Positions 1 through 12,800 of a stretch of DNA of 60,000 nucleotides are shown here, piece after piece. The notes under the pieces are model-generated. The model ran no database searches, was not told the DNA's origin, and saw only the letters and a program-made list of their open reading frames with translations. The stretch is taken from positions 4,032,001 through 4,092,000 of the forward strand of contig NC_087250.1 of NCBI RefSeq assembly GCF_037042905.1, given 5' to 3'. A program made the position numbers and the translations under genes. The stretch comes from Lytechinus pictus (Eukaryota). Position 1 is the first letter of the stretch. Every line of letters begins with the position of its first letter.

Positions 1-704
1 GAAATGTACAGTGTAATGCTTGTTGGATTTTTCTCTTTTTATTCAAATCAACTTTTTGTTGGAGTGGACTTGTCCTTTAAATGTAATTTATACATGATGA
101 TAAAATAACAATGTAGGCCTATGTGTTATCAAATAGTATGCTTGGTCTTTCTTAAAACACTACACTGACACACACACACTTATTCATTCAAACACCATAC
201 AACACACGTACCCTTACACCTACACATCCTCACCCTCACACACACTACCCTGGTTGTACACACACTCACAAACGCGCGTGCACAGAATTTAGAGAATTTA
301 TAGTTCTGAAAACCCATTCTGATCATTCTGATTGCTCGACGGTAAGAAAGTTTGAACGCTCTACTGGGAACACACATTTCTTTCCTAAAAGCCATATAAA
401 ACAGATGAGATTTTAATCGTATTCCTATTCTAGCAATTTAGAAAATTAGAAACCTTATTCAACCAGAATACAATGCTGATCAACATCACAGTCAATTTTT
501 AGAAAACACACAAGAAACATATCCACAATTCAGATCCAATGCTACCTTCTTAAAAAAAAATCCTGAAATCATTTGACTAATTTATTCATTACTTAGTAAG
601 GACCAGTTACGGTAGTCAACGTAGCACAGTTCTAAAAGAAAGTGCCTTTTCTCCCATTAACTCCTGTTATTTTCAAGGAATAAGTAAAACATGGATTTAC
701 GTAC

Positions 705-852
705 CATTCAGGATTAAATTGTACAAGCATCTTGTTTCCTTTGCACACAGCACTGAAACAGTTTGCCTGCTAATGCTGTCTAGATCTAGCAATGACCAAT
801 CATCGCTCATCTGGAGTATGACGTCACTTGACTGTATCACCGTTTTCGCTGC
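705..852 (-). CDS. RFX4: RFX4-like exon (dimerization region)
   Basis: [49 protein letters not shown]; tttgcag acceptor, gtacgt donor; phase 0 to 1. Confidence 0.85.
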
Positions 853-3800
853 CTGCAAACCATATAATGATAATAATGATATAAAAATATATATTATTAA
901 GAATATATACTAAAAATACAATGATGATAGATATGCAGAATTGATGATAATAATGATTTGTAATTGTTTGTAAATTTGATCTTTTAGTGAAATATTTTAA
1001 CACATAAACATGCAAAATAATTATAACTATAGTTAAAACAATAAGGTTCTGATAATAATCAAAATGACAGTAATAATAGTAAGAACAATAATAATAATAT
1101 TAATATTAATAATGATAATAATAATAATAATGATAATAATAACAATCCAATAGTTGTGAAGGAAACATTTCTCAAAGAGAATTAGAAGAAAACAGAAAAC
1201 AAACCCATTGACTGTTGTTAGGCTAATAACACAAATGCTTCCCATGATTCTGAACAAATGTAAAAGCATTTTTGCATCAAAAAGAAGCAACCAAAAAACA
1301 TAAATATGTACCAAATACCTGAGCTAGATGATTCAAAGTCATTTGCTTTTCCAAAAGGAAACTGAATCGAGCAGCTTCTGCATTAAACAAAAATAGTAAT
1401 AAAACAAGATATAGCTACATATCAATTTACCATTATTTTGTACCATAACTCTTTCGTCGATAATAAAATTAGAGAGAAGGCGGAAGAAAAGGGGAGGGAA
1501 TAGGCTGAGTGGTGGTAACCGGGAAGGAGGAACGTGAACATAATACAAATATTCTTCGTTTTATTGGTTGTATGTGGGTTTATTGAGCACCTAAAAAAAC
1601 ACTTAATCTCTCTAAGTAAGTCTATTGATCCAATGCTTGATCTGAAACAAAGAAAGAAATGGATATTGAAAAGTCGTAACACCTCTGACGAACAACAACG
1701 GAAAGAGAAAGAGCGAGAGGGGGAGAGGGGCGGGAGAGGAGGGGGGGGGGGCAAGAACACCTATAGTATCCGGTAATTCTCAAAGATAAAATATTGAAAG
1801 GGGTCATGAATTGTATTATACTGATTAACAGATCTGTTACCCATATTTTGCTTTTATATTTTACGAAAAAACATATTTTGCCCCCCCCCCCTGTCCTTCA
1901 AAAAACGCGCGCCCAGACCCCCATCTCCAATTTTTGCTAATCCTTCTCACATCATGGCCTTTATCTCCCATGCCCTCATCCAGGGGCGGATCTAGGATTT
2001 TCCAAAAGGGGGGGCAAATTTTTCCGAGGAAAAATTTGACAAGCAAAAAACAAAACACACACACACAAAAGAGGTCTTCACTTTCCAAGCGGGGGGGGGG
2101 GGGGCACGGACCGACTGTGCCCCCCCTGGATCCGCCACTGCCCTCATCATACTCCGAACACCACATTCCTGATGCTATAGCAACCAACACAATCCTACTT
2201 CAAAACCGACCGAAAGTTTATCATTGGTTTTAACTTAAAGGGATACTCCGGGCTGAATATATTTAAATCTGAATAGATAGAGTAAAATTCGCAAAGCAAA
2301 ATGCTGAAAATTTCATCAAAATTTAAATGACAAATAACGAAGTTATTGAATTTTAAGGCTTAGCGATATATTGTGAAAACAGTCATTTACCCGTCGTAAT
2401 GAATATTCTTTAGGTGGGCTGATGATGTAACATCCCCTTCTTTTCATTTCCTTATGTTATTACATGAATTCATAATTGTTTCATTTTTTTCAAACACATG
2501 TGCATGGTATGTCTCGCTTGTAATGAAATAAGTGTCAGCAATGAATACCTAATGCATTAAATCAGTTGTCATTCAATTTTTTTAATTCTTGAGTAGAAAA
2601 GAATTGAATAAATCTTATTTCATATAATAAAATACAAAAGAACAAGTGGGGATATGACATCATCAGTTTGCTCAATGAATCTTCACGAAGACATGCCTAG
2701 AACTGTTTCACCGGAATAATGCAAATCTTTGAAATGCCATAACTTTGTTATTCTTTGTCCGATTTTGATCCAAATTTCAGTGTTTTGTTTGTCTGATTTT
2801 TCTTTATCTGATCAAATCATATTCTTTTCAGCCTGGCGTACCCCTTTAATTGGTATGGACATGGGCGGAAATCCCAGGGGGGACAGGGGGGACGTGTCCC
2901 CCGTACCAAAAATAGTAGGGGGGGCACAATATCAAATGTCCCCCTACTATTTTTGGTCTTTTATGATGGAGAAATATGCATCATTCACATTCGAAATAAT
3001 ACATTTATTTTGGACTAAATGACCTTACATTTTGGGTAAAAACCTTCTTTTTTGGGGCGGGGCTTGTCAAATTTTCCAGAGAGACTAAACTAAGATGAGG
3101 GGAAGACTTGGAAAATAAAAAGAATCTTTCATGTCACTATATGAAATTTTCGCTCGCGCTCGCATTGCCTGTCAGGTGATTTTTCAATATGGAGCTTAAA
3201 TATCAAGTTTGGAAGTCATTATACATTACACATTTCAACTCAGAAATCGACCTTTGTAAAAGTGACAGCTTCATGGTCTGAATATTGACATTTTCTGCTC
3301 GCACTGAGCGCTCGCAAATTTCGAATTAAGTACCTATTATTTTTGTGTATTCCATTTAGTTTGAAAAAAAAATCAAGTCTGGTTGTCAAAACGTATCAGA
3401 TAGCGCTGGCTACTCGCTCGCATTTTAATTGGCGATTTATGTATGTCTCAATATTGGTTTTCATGACTGTTTATCAAAGATTTTGGCTGGCGATTTGCGC
3501 TCGCATTAATGGTTAAAAAATATTTTGACTGATGCATTCTATTAATAATTACAAAATTGCTTGAAATGTCCAGTTTTCAGGCCATAATATCATCAGATTT
3601 CTCGCCCTCATTAGGCATTAATAAATAAGATATTAATAATTTAACGATTAAATTGTCCCTTTTGTTTCATCTCGCGCTTAGCAAGAGGAATAAGAAGATT
3701 TTCATATGACATGTCCCAATTAAGGATGTCCCGGTCCTATGTCAAAACTAGAATGACAATGAAAAATATCAGCTCTTTATTAAGTGCGATCCATATCCAC

Positions 3801-6800
3801 CTCACAATTTTCCTACAAAGTGCTTAAAATATATAGCTGAAATTGACTCTTTTTCAGATTTTTCATGATAAAAGAGGTATAGAATGCCTAGATTCTAGGT
3901 CTAAATCTGAAACACGCGCATGTTTATTCAGATATTCAACTTGTTCTCTATTCAAATCATTATCCAGTTTCAGATCACAATATCAAAAATTTTCTGCTCG
4001 CGCTTTGTGCTCACATTATTAATGTAGAAAGATCCCCTATTACTCATCCTTTTCATGATTTACAAAACATGAATAGAGTGTCCCGTTTTTAGGTCTAAAT
4101 CTCGAATTTTTCTGCTCGCGCTTCGCTTGCATCAATCGGTTAGTTATATAGCTACCCTGTTCACGATTACGAAAATTGATTAAAATTTTCGATTCTTTTT
4201 GTAGAAATGTCAACAATTTTCAGTTCGCGATTCGCGCTAGCATTATTGATTGTTGAAATATGAAACGTCCTCATGGCTAAGTGCAAGCAGTCCTTAACAA
4301 GTACCTTTTCGATCAGTTCAAATAAAAAAAAAACATTTCATGGCAGCACTTTGCACTCGCATTAATGTAAGGACCGGGTATAAGGAAGGCCCCCAATTAC
4401 TCATCCTTTTCATGATTTGCAAAACATGAATAGAGTGTCTCGTTCTTAGGTCTAAATCTCAAAATTTTCCGCTCGCGCTTCGCGTTCGCATCAATTGTTT
4501 AGTTATATACCTATTATATGTTTCAGTTACAAAAAGTGCTTAGAATTTCCATTCTTTAGGCAAAAATTTCAAAAAAATGTAAGCTCGCGCTTCGCGCTCT
4601 CATTATTTGATTGTTGAAATATGTAACGTATTCATGGCTAACCTGTTCCATCACTTTCCATCTGCTCGCACTTCGCGTTTGAAGTAATTATTTAGTTGCA
4701 TATACATATTTTTCAGGATAACAAACATTGCCCAGAATGTTCAAATTTTAGGAAAAAATACATAAAATCCCCCCCCCAAAAAAAAAAAATTGCTCGTGCT
4801 TCTCGCTCGCATTACATAGATAATGATTATGATATTATATGTTTATGTTGAATTATAAGAATAAAGCTGAAAAGTGGCCATGAGGACTACTCCTTCAATG
4901 AAACAAACAAAAATCATCTTCGAGCGTCCGATGGGGGATTAACATATGGCTGGAAAAAAAATCGCACCCCCCCCCCCATTGGCGAAGGCTGGATCCGCCC
5001 ATGTTAATTGTCCCCCCTACCTTTCGGGACAGATTTCCGCCCATGGGTATGGAGTCTGTTGCGTTCGTGTGACAGTGACATCTGCTCTGTGCGACTCTTC
5101 TTTAGCTATCAGAGCCCGATTTCAGGCGTTCCAAGTAAGATGGGCGTGAAAGGTCAGTCGTCTTTATTGTCTTATTATGTTACTAATCCAGCAAAAGACA
5201 ACATGCATCGACTCTTAATATTGGCCGCCGTTATTTTGTTACTGTTCATATTTGCTTCAGCTAAAGCTGGTGAGTACAATGTGCCAATATAGTCCAGGAT
5301 AGAAGAGGCATAACCTTGTTTTCCATATTTACAATATTTTGTGATGGTTTCTTGTCAATTCGAGGGTGCTGATTACGAATCTGAATGATGCCACTCGTGT
5401 AACCTTGAGCATTTCCCGCAAATCGGCAAAATCCAATATGGCCGCCAAAATATGCATATTACCCATGAAAATCATAAAATTGCCAGCAAATTGGCTATAA
5501 AATGTATGTAATTGTGTTGCAGGAGTGTAATACTATCTGAAAAAATAATTTTTTGGACAAAATATTTATTTCTCGATATTAAAAATGGCCACCACAGACC
5601 TCTGTATACTCTATTATGTACAATATGAATAGGGAAAATTAATTTTTCACAAAAATTATCACTAAATCGCAAGTAATTGTGATCTATGGACGACGTAATA
5701 TATGAAAATCATCAGTGCTAACACGATATATCATTTATTATGTTATGTATTTTTATTGTATTTAATATTCAAAATAGCTGCCACTGGCCCAAATAGTATT
5801 ATTTTCTATGGCAAAGGGGCCAACAAAAATCGCAAGAGTGAGCACTAAAATGCATATTATTACGAGAAACGAGTGGAATACTGACTAAAAACGCAATTGC
5901 TAACGAAATATATTATTTAATATGCCATGTATGTGATAAATGCTGTATTTTGATATTCAAAATGGCCGCCAAAGGTCCTAACAGTATTATGTACAATGAT
6001 AAAAAGAGGACCAAAGAAATCAGAAGAGTGAGCACTGAAATGCATTTATTTGTGATGAATAAATGTCCCAAATTACAATGTACATAGTACTTTTTAGGAC
6101 CTATGGCAGCTATTTTGAATTCCAAAGTACAGCATTTATTACCTCCATGACCAATATGTAATGTATTTATTTAGAAATCATATTTAAGACAATATTTTTA
6201 CTCATACATCACAATTACATGCATTTTATGATTCTCACTCTTGTGAAAAGTAAATACCTTATACGCATGTTACATAATTTAGTTAGGGCTTGTATCAGCT
6301 ATTGAATGTCAAAATACAGTATTTATCACTTACATGGCAGAAGAAATGCTATATTTATAAAAAAAAAATCATGTTTTCAAATAATGTTTTATCATACAAC
6401 AGGATTTTATGGATTTCATAGTCAAGTCAATCCAAATTCTTACAAAATTACATCTCCCCATTTCCATTGTAAATAATACTGTTAGGGCCTATTTTAGGGG
6501 CCATTTTGAATTTCAAAATACAGCATTTATCTCATGCATGACAAAAAAATGATGTTTCACTAGAAAACATGTTTTCAGACATTATTTTACTCGGTGATCA
6601 CAATTACATGCATTTTATAGTTCTTACTCTTGTGAAAATTAATTTCTCCAATCGCATTGTACATAATGTATAATACGCCTATGGCGGCAATTTTGAATGT
6701 CAAAATAAAGCATTTATCACATAAATTGCATTTATATTTCGTTAAAAATTATGTTTTTAGCCAGTATTCCTCTCGCCTATCTTATTACTACTAATATGCA

Positions 6801-9800
6801 TTTTAGTACTCACTCTTGTGATTTTCTTTTGTCCCCATTAACATTGTACATAATACTGTCAGGGCATTTGGTGGCTTTTTAAATATTAAAATGCTTCATT
6901 TATTACATACATGACATAACAAATTATACATTTCGTTAGCAATCATGTTTTCATCCATTATTTCACTAAAAATCACAATTACTTGCATTTAGTGCTCACT
7001 TTTGTGAAATGTATTTTTCCCCTTCATATTGTACATAATATAGAATACAGGGGTCTATGGCGGCCATTTTGAATATCGAGAAAATAATTTTTTTGTCAAA
7101 AATTGTTTTTCAGAGAGTATTTCACTCCTGCAACACAAACACATACATTTTATAACCAATGTGCGGGCAATTTTATGATTTTCATGGGTAATTTGCATAG
7201 TTTGGAGGCCATATTTGATTTTGCCAATTTGCGGAAAATGCTCAAGGTTACACGAGTGGCATAATTCAGATTCGTATTCAGCACCCTCGAATTGACAAGA
7301 AACTATAAAAAATATTGTATATATGAAAAAACAAGGTTTGGTAAATTTTCTATGGGGCCTATCCTTGACTAATATTTTTGCAAACTTAAAGGTCAAATTC
7401 ACCTCAGAAAAATGTTGATTTGGGTCCATAAAGAAAAATCAGACAATCAAAATGCTGTCACATGCAAAGGAGAGAATCGATGATGTCCCTCACTCACTAT
7501 TTCTTTAGTTTTTTATTGTTTGAATTATGCAATATTTCTCTTTATACAGATTTGACAATAAAGACCAACTTGACTGAACCATAACATGTTAATGGCAATT
7601 CTACAAGTTCAGGGAGAAATAAAACTTTGTTTCAGAGAATGAGGAGAAAATTAAAATATTTCATATTTCATATAATAAAATACAAAAGAAATAGTGAATG
7701 GGTGATGTCATCAGTTCCCCCATTTGCATACTAACCAACAGTGCATGTATCTGTTCTGTGAAATTAAGCGAGATTTAACAATGTCCTAACTGTCTTATTT
7801 TACATCCGATTTTGATGAAATTTTCACTGTTATGTTTGTTGAATTTTTCTCTTTTTATTCAAATCAACTTTTTTTGCTAGGGTGGACTTGTCCTTTAACT
7901 AGCAATCCATGTCCTCAGTGTCTTTCTCTGTCTGTCCTTCTCTGTCGTCAATTTAATTCATGTTTTTTTTTAAATTCATTTTCGATAAATGAAACCGAAG
8001 ATCCGCCATTGACCCCCCCCCCCCATCTTTAAGACTCATTCATATCCGTTTGGTAACTCTGTTACACTTTAAAAGCACTGAGTTAAATTCTACCCAAAAC
8101 TGGGTAGAAAGGGAACATGCATGTTTGCTGTGTATTTTCCCCCCCCCATATTTTTCAACGCAACATTGAGTTTTGCTTTTTACAAAATCAACATGCATGT
8201 CCCTATTTTACCCAATATTGGGTAAACTTTTTTTTATTGTATTGACACTGAATTTTTTGCTGATTTACTTGTATAGTGTAAAAAAACAAATCATGAGCAA
8301 TCCATTTGCAAAAAAAAAAAAACATTTGCAAAAAAAACCCCGTTTATTCGGACATCATTTTCTCTACCAAAATTCGGGGACAAAATCTTATTAAAAGACA
8401 TTCCATTATCTAAGGAAAAACCAACCTTTGGTTGTTATGTTTGAATTTGTTTTCGCTTGATAAAGACAATAAGATGTTTGACGATATTTATAGCATACAC
8501 CTTTACCATGTTTTTGATGTATGAAAAACATGCGCGTTACCATGAATACTGCATGCATGTATGCAATAAATTCTGTTACTACCTTTTCATAGTTCATGCA
8601 ACCCTGAAACTGTAAATTATTATCATCAACTTATTTCAAATGCACATTACTCTAGTTTGGGGCGAGTAAAAATGGATTGGAATAGAAAAGGTCACGTAAA
8701 GGCCAAAATAATGGTGTGGGTAGTAAAACTATTCTTTTTTGACGTGATTATTCATTTTACCCATGTAGGCAGTTCAGATGACAGTGACGGGTGTCCTCCA
8801 GTCGTTCGGTTTGGGAAGGAACTGAAGCAAACGCCTACTTATCGCAGAGATACCAAACGCTCTTATGGAAAGCCTGGCACTGAGTCTAGCCATGAAGTGA
8901 AAAAGAAGTCTTGTGAGATATCTGGTGAATTCTCTTCTTAAGCCCCGCTTTATTGTTTCAATATATCTCAAATTGGTCGAAAATCGGAAGAAACTATCTC
9001 CTCGATTGTCTTAATGGGCCCATTTATGACTAGACACTCAAAGCCAACAATAAGTCCCCCAAAATGAACTTTTAGATTTCATCGGGTTTGAAGAAAAGCA
9101 CTTCCTAAGCTTTAGAATGATGTATAACTTGCCAAAATTGATCGAAAAATAACCTACACAAGAATTCGATTCAACTTATCGAGAGCTTCAGAAGGGAGAA
9201 AACAACAATTGAAGTTGGGACATCACTAATTTAAAAGCATGATAAGTGCACCCTGCACAATCTCTATGACACTTCAAATTAGTCCGCAAAAAAACTTGTG
9301 TAAAAAAATGTATCCTGTTTTCTATTCAACTTAACAACTTGAAATTTGGACAGTGTAGAGAAGACGAATTATTTTTTTTAATAGACATTCTCACCACCAA
9401 AGACCTATTTTGGCTATATACAGTGAACCTTTCCTGATAAATTATTGTTGGTTTGGAGGTGAGGAGTCACATTAAAAAATGATAAGTATTGGATTCATTG
9501 AATGCCCTTATTGGAAACAACATAGTTCGACAGAGTGTCAACAAATCGTCAGAACGTGAAAATCTTCCATGTTGATAGAGTAACTGTCTTAAATTGGGAC
9601 TTGTTTCTAGCATCAAGACTTCATACTGTGTCATACTAAACGATTTCCATACGGGCGTTGTGTGTAATACCTAGTATTCAACACCTCCTAAGCTCTAGTC
9701 CATCCGAACAAAAACTTGCTGAAAATGGAAAAAAATCAAACAAGCACAACATTTTTTTTTTCATTGAAACAATATTCATGAAATGAGAGCAAATCTAAAT

Positions 9801-12800
9801 CGCTTCGAAATAATTATGTATTGCTTATTTCATAAATCGATGATACAATAATGGTACATACAAATAAGGGAGTCGATGATGTCAAATACTCAACAATTCT
9901 TATTAGTCTGAGTAATTCATAATTCCCCTTTTCCTCTAAAAATATCCAGAGGAAAGTGAAAATGAGCAGTGGATATGATTTATACGACTGTAACCCTAAT
10001 CACATCTGAAAAATGGCGGGACTATATGTAGAATTACACGACTCTCCATTCATGCAAGCATCATTTATATAACAACCCGTGAAACAAGGAGTCGGTGATT
10101 TTTCACTGACCAATCCACTTTGAGCCAATCAGATGCAAGGATTTCAGTAGCTGATAACAAGCAATGAGTGAGAAATCACTGATTATTATTATTAACGAAA
10201 TGCTCCCCAGATAAGCAATGGGATCCCTGCACTGGTACTGCGGCCAAGGAGAAATGTGGATTGCATGGGGTCTGCACGAATGGGACCCTTAGCGGTTATG
10301 ATTGCCAGTGCGAATGTGATCACCAAGGTCCACACTGTTCTTCAATAAGTAAGTGATGAATAATACGTAGCAAGTTACTCCATGTCTCACAGCGTGTTCA
10401 AAGTGTGTTTACAGTGTGTTCATAATGTGTTCAAAGTGTGCTCATAGTGTGTTCAAAGTGTGCTCATAGCATGTTCACAGTGTGTTCACAGTATGTCTAC
10501 AGTGTGTTCATAATGAGTTCAAAGTGTGTTCATAGTATGCTCACAGTGTGTTCACGTGTTCACAGCGTGTTCATAGTGTGCTCATAGCATGTTCATAGTG
10601 TGTTCAAAGTGTGTTCACAGTGTGCTCACAGCATGGTCATAGTGTGTTCACATTGTGTTCATAGTGTGCTCATAGCATGTTCGTAGTGTGTTCACACTGT
10701 TATCAAAGTGTGCTTATAACATGTTCACAGTGTGTTTACAGTGTGTCACAGTGTGTTCACGGGGTGTTCACAGACAATCACAGTGTGTCTGTAATGTGTC
10801 CACACTGTGTTCACAGTATATTCAAAGTGTGTTCAGTGTTATCAAAGTGTGCTTATAGCATGTTCACAGTGTGTTTACAGTGTGTCACAGTGTGTTCACA
10901 GACAATCACAGTGTGTCTGTAATGTGTCCACAATGTGTTCACAGTGTATTCACAGTGTGTTCACAGTGTGCTCATATCATGTTCATAGTGTGTTCACATT
11001 GTGTTCATAGTGTGCTCATAGCATGTTCGTAGTGCGTTCATAGTGTGTTCACATTGTTATGAAAGTGTGCTCATAGCATGTTCACAGTGTGTTCACAGTG
11101 TGTTCAAGCGGTGTTCACAGTGCTTCATGTTGTGTTCACAGTGTGTTTGTGTAGTGTCCACACTGTGTTTACAGTGTGGCCACAGTGATTTCACTGTTTG
11201 TGAATATGCACTTCATTGCCTTCTGTCACAAACCCTTGTTCTGTTTTCTTTCTCTCAAACTTTCCCTATTCTTTTTTACTTCTTTTCCTCTCTCTCACAC
11301 ATTTATGACCAAGGTGGAATTCCCTTTCAAGCTAATTTTATTATAGAGATTTCTGAGTTTGACGTAAAGTAACTAATTTTATTTATCAATAAAATAAATC
11401 TTCAAAATGATTTGAACAGTTTTATTGTAACCAGTATACGTGCTTGAATTGCGGAAATCAAAGATTTTTTCCTCTCCGACATATTTCATGAGATTCAGTT
11501 AATTAGCAATTAGCAGATTTTTTTTCGAATAATCACAATTTACCCACGTTGCTGACATTTGAATATTCTTTATGATATTTCCAGTAATATAAAACTGGAA
11601 CTAACTAGATTTATGTGATCACCAATTAACCTTATTAACTATCAGCTTAACACGATTGAAAGGCATTAACTTGAATCATTACACGACTTATTCGACCCGT
11701 ATAATTACAATTCATTAAACCCATATATACATAAAACTGTCATTTACCCCTCCCCCCAATATTTGATACTTCCATTCCTTTACATTATGATCATGCTATA
11801 ATGAAATCAAGTGTGTCGGGTTTTTTCAGACAGCGCTAATTATACAGTAAGAGGGGTAAAGCAAACTTATTTCCTCCAGTCGCCCGTGACCTGATTTTAA
11901 ATAAAATATATTTTCAAAATATGAAATAAACGAGGCATGCTCCATGCGCTTAGTTGCGGGTAAGGGCAAATTTTGTATATATTATGTCATGACAAGATAA
12001 ACATTTAATTTTTATCCTGGATATTTTTTTTCCTTTCTCATCCATCCATGTGTTTCTACCAGTTTATCGTTCTTAATACATCCGATCTTTTCGCATTTAC
12101 TACGGGGAAACTCTCTACAACGCACCAATCCTTCTAAAAATGCAAGTCAAATCACAATGTCGAGCTAAGTGGCTTTTGTCGAAAGCTGTTGGACCGGGAC
12201 GGCATCGGAATCTCTGGACAACGACGCAATTGCAATTGCTCGTCCGGTACGTGCAAATCTTCGGATGATCTGCCGTCCCGGTCCACCAATTTTCGACAAA
12301 AGCCTCTCAGCTCTCCATTGTGATTTGACCTGCATTTTCAGAGGAATCGATGCGTTGTGTAGAGAGTTTTCCCGAAGTAAATGCGAAAATTACCTATTTT
12401 TGTTTTCTAGTACTGGATCTACCAAGGCTCGGATCTCCGCTGGGGATGACTGATGGCCGGATAAGTGCGGCTCAAATACGGCTGATGTCTCATATAAGAT
12501 GCATCGCTGTTTCTACCCCTGGCATTGTGTGTGAAGATATCATGCGACACCATGCCATTATGAAATTTTTCATTTCCAGTTTCAGGCCAAGCAACATCTT
12601 CGCAGAGGTTGATTTGAAATGCCCGCATAGAATCACCGGGATCGATTCCTTATTGGCCAGTGGGGAACTGTCGCATTTCCGTTTGTCCTTAAGCGACGTC
12701 ACTGGGGAACAATTCTATGACGCTATGGACGCATGTACCAATAAAACTAAGGTATAAAATCAGGGGCAGATTGAGGATTTTGCAAAGGGGGGATTTTTTT

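Noticed and set aside
1430..1641. Exon-like minus-strand segment with AG/GT ends in the RFX4 intron
   Set aside because: No RFX similarity, and the flanking RFX4 exons already join in phase without it.
10677..11372. Cys-rich (CSQC)n ORFs resembling metallothionein or keratin-associated proteins
   Set aside because: Products of the CACAGTGTGTT minisatellite, with no splice or start context.
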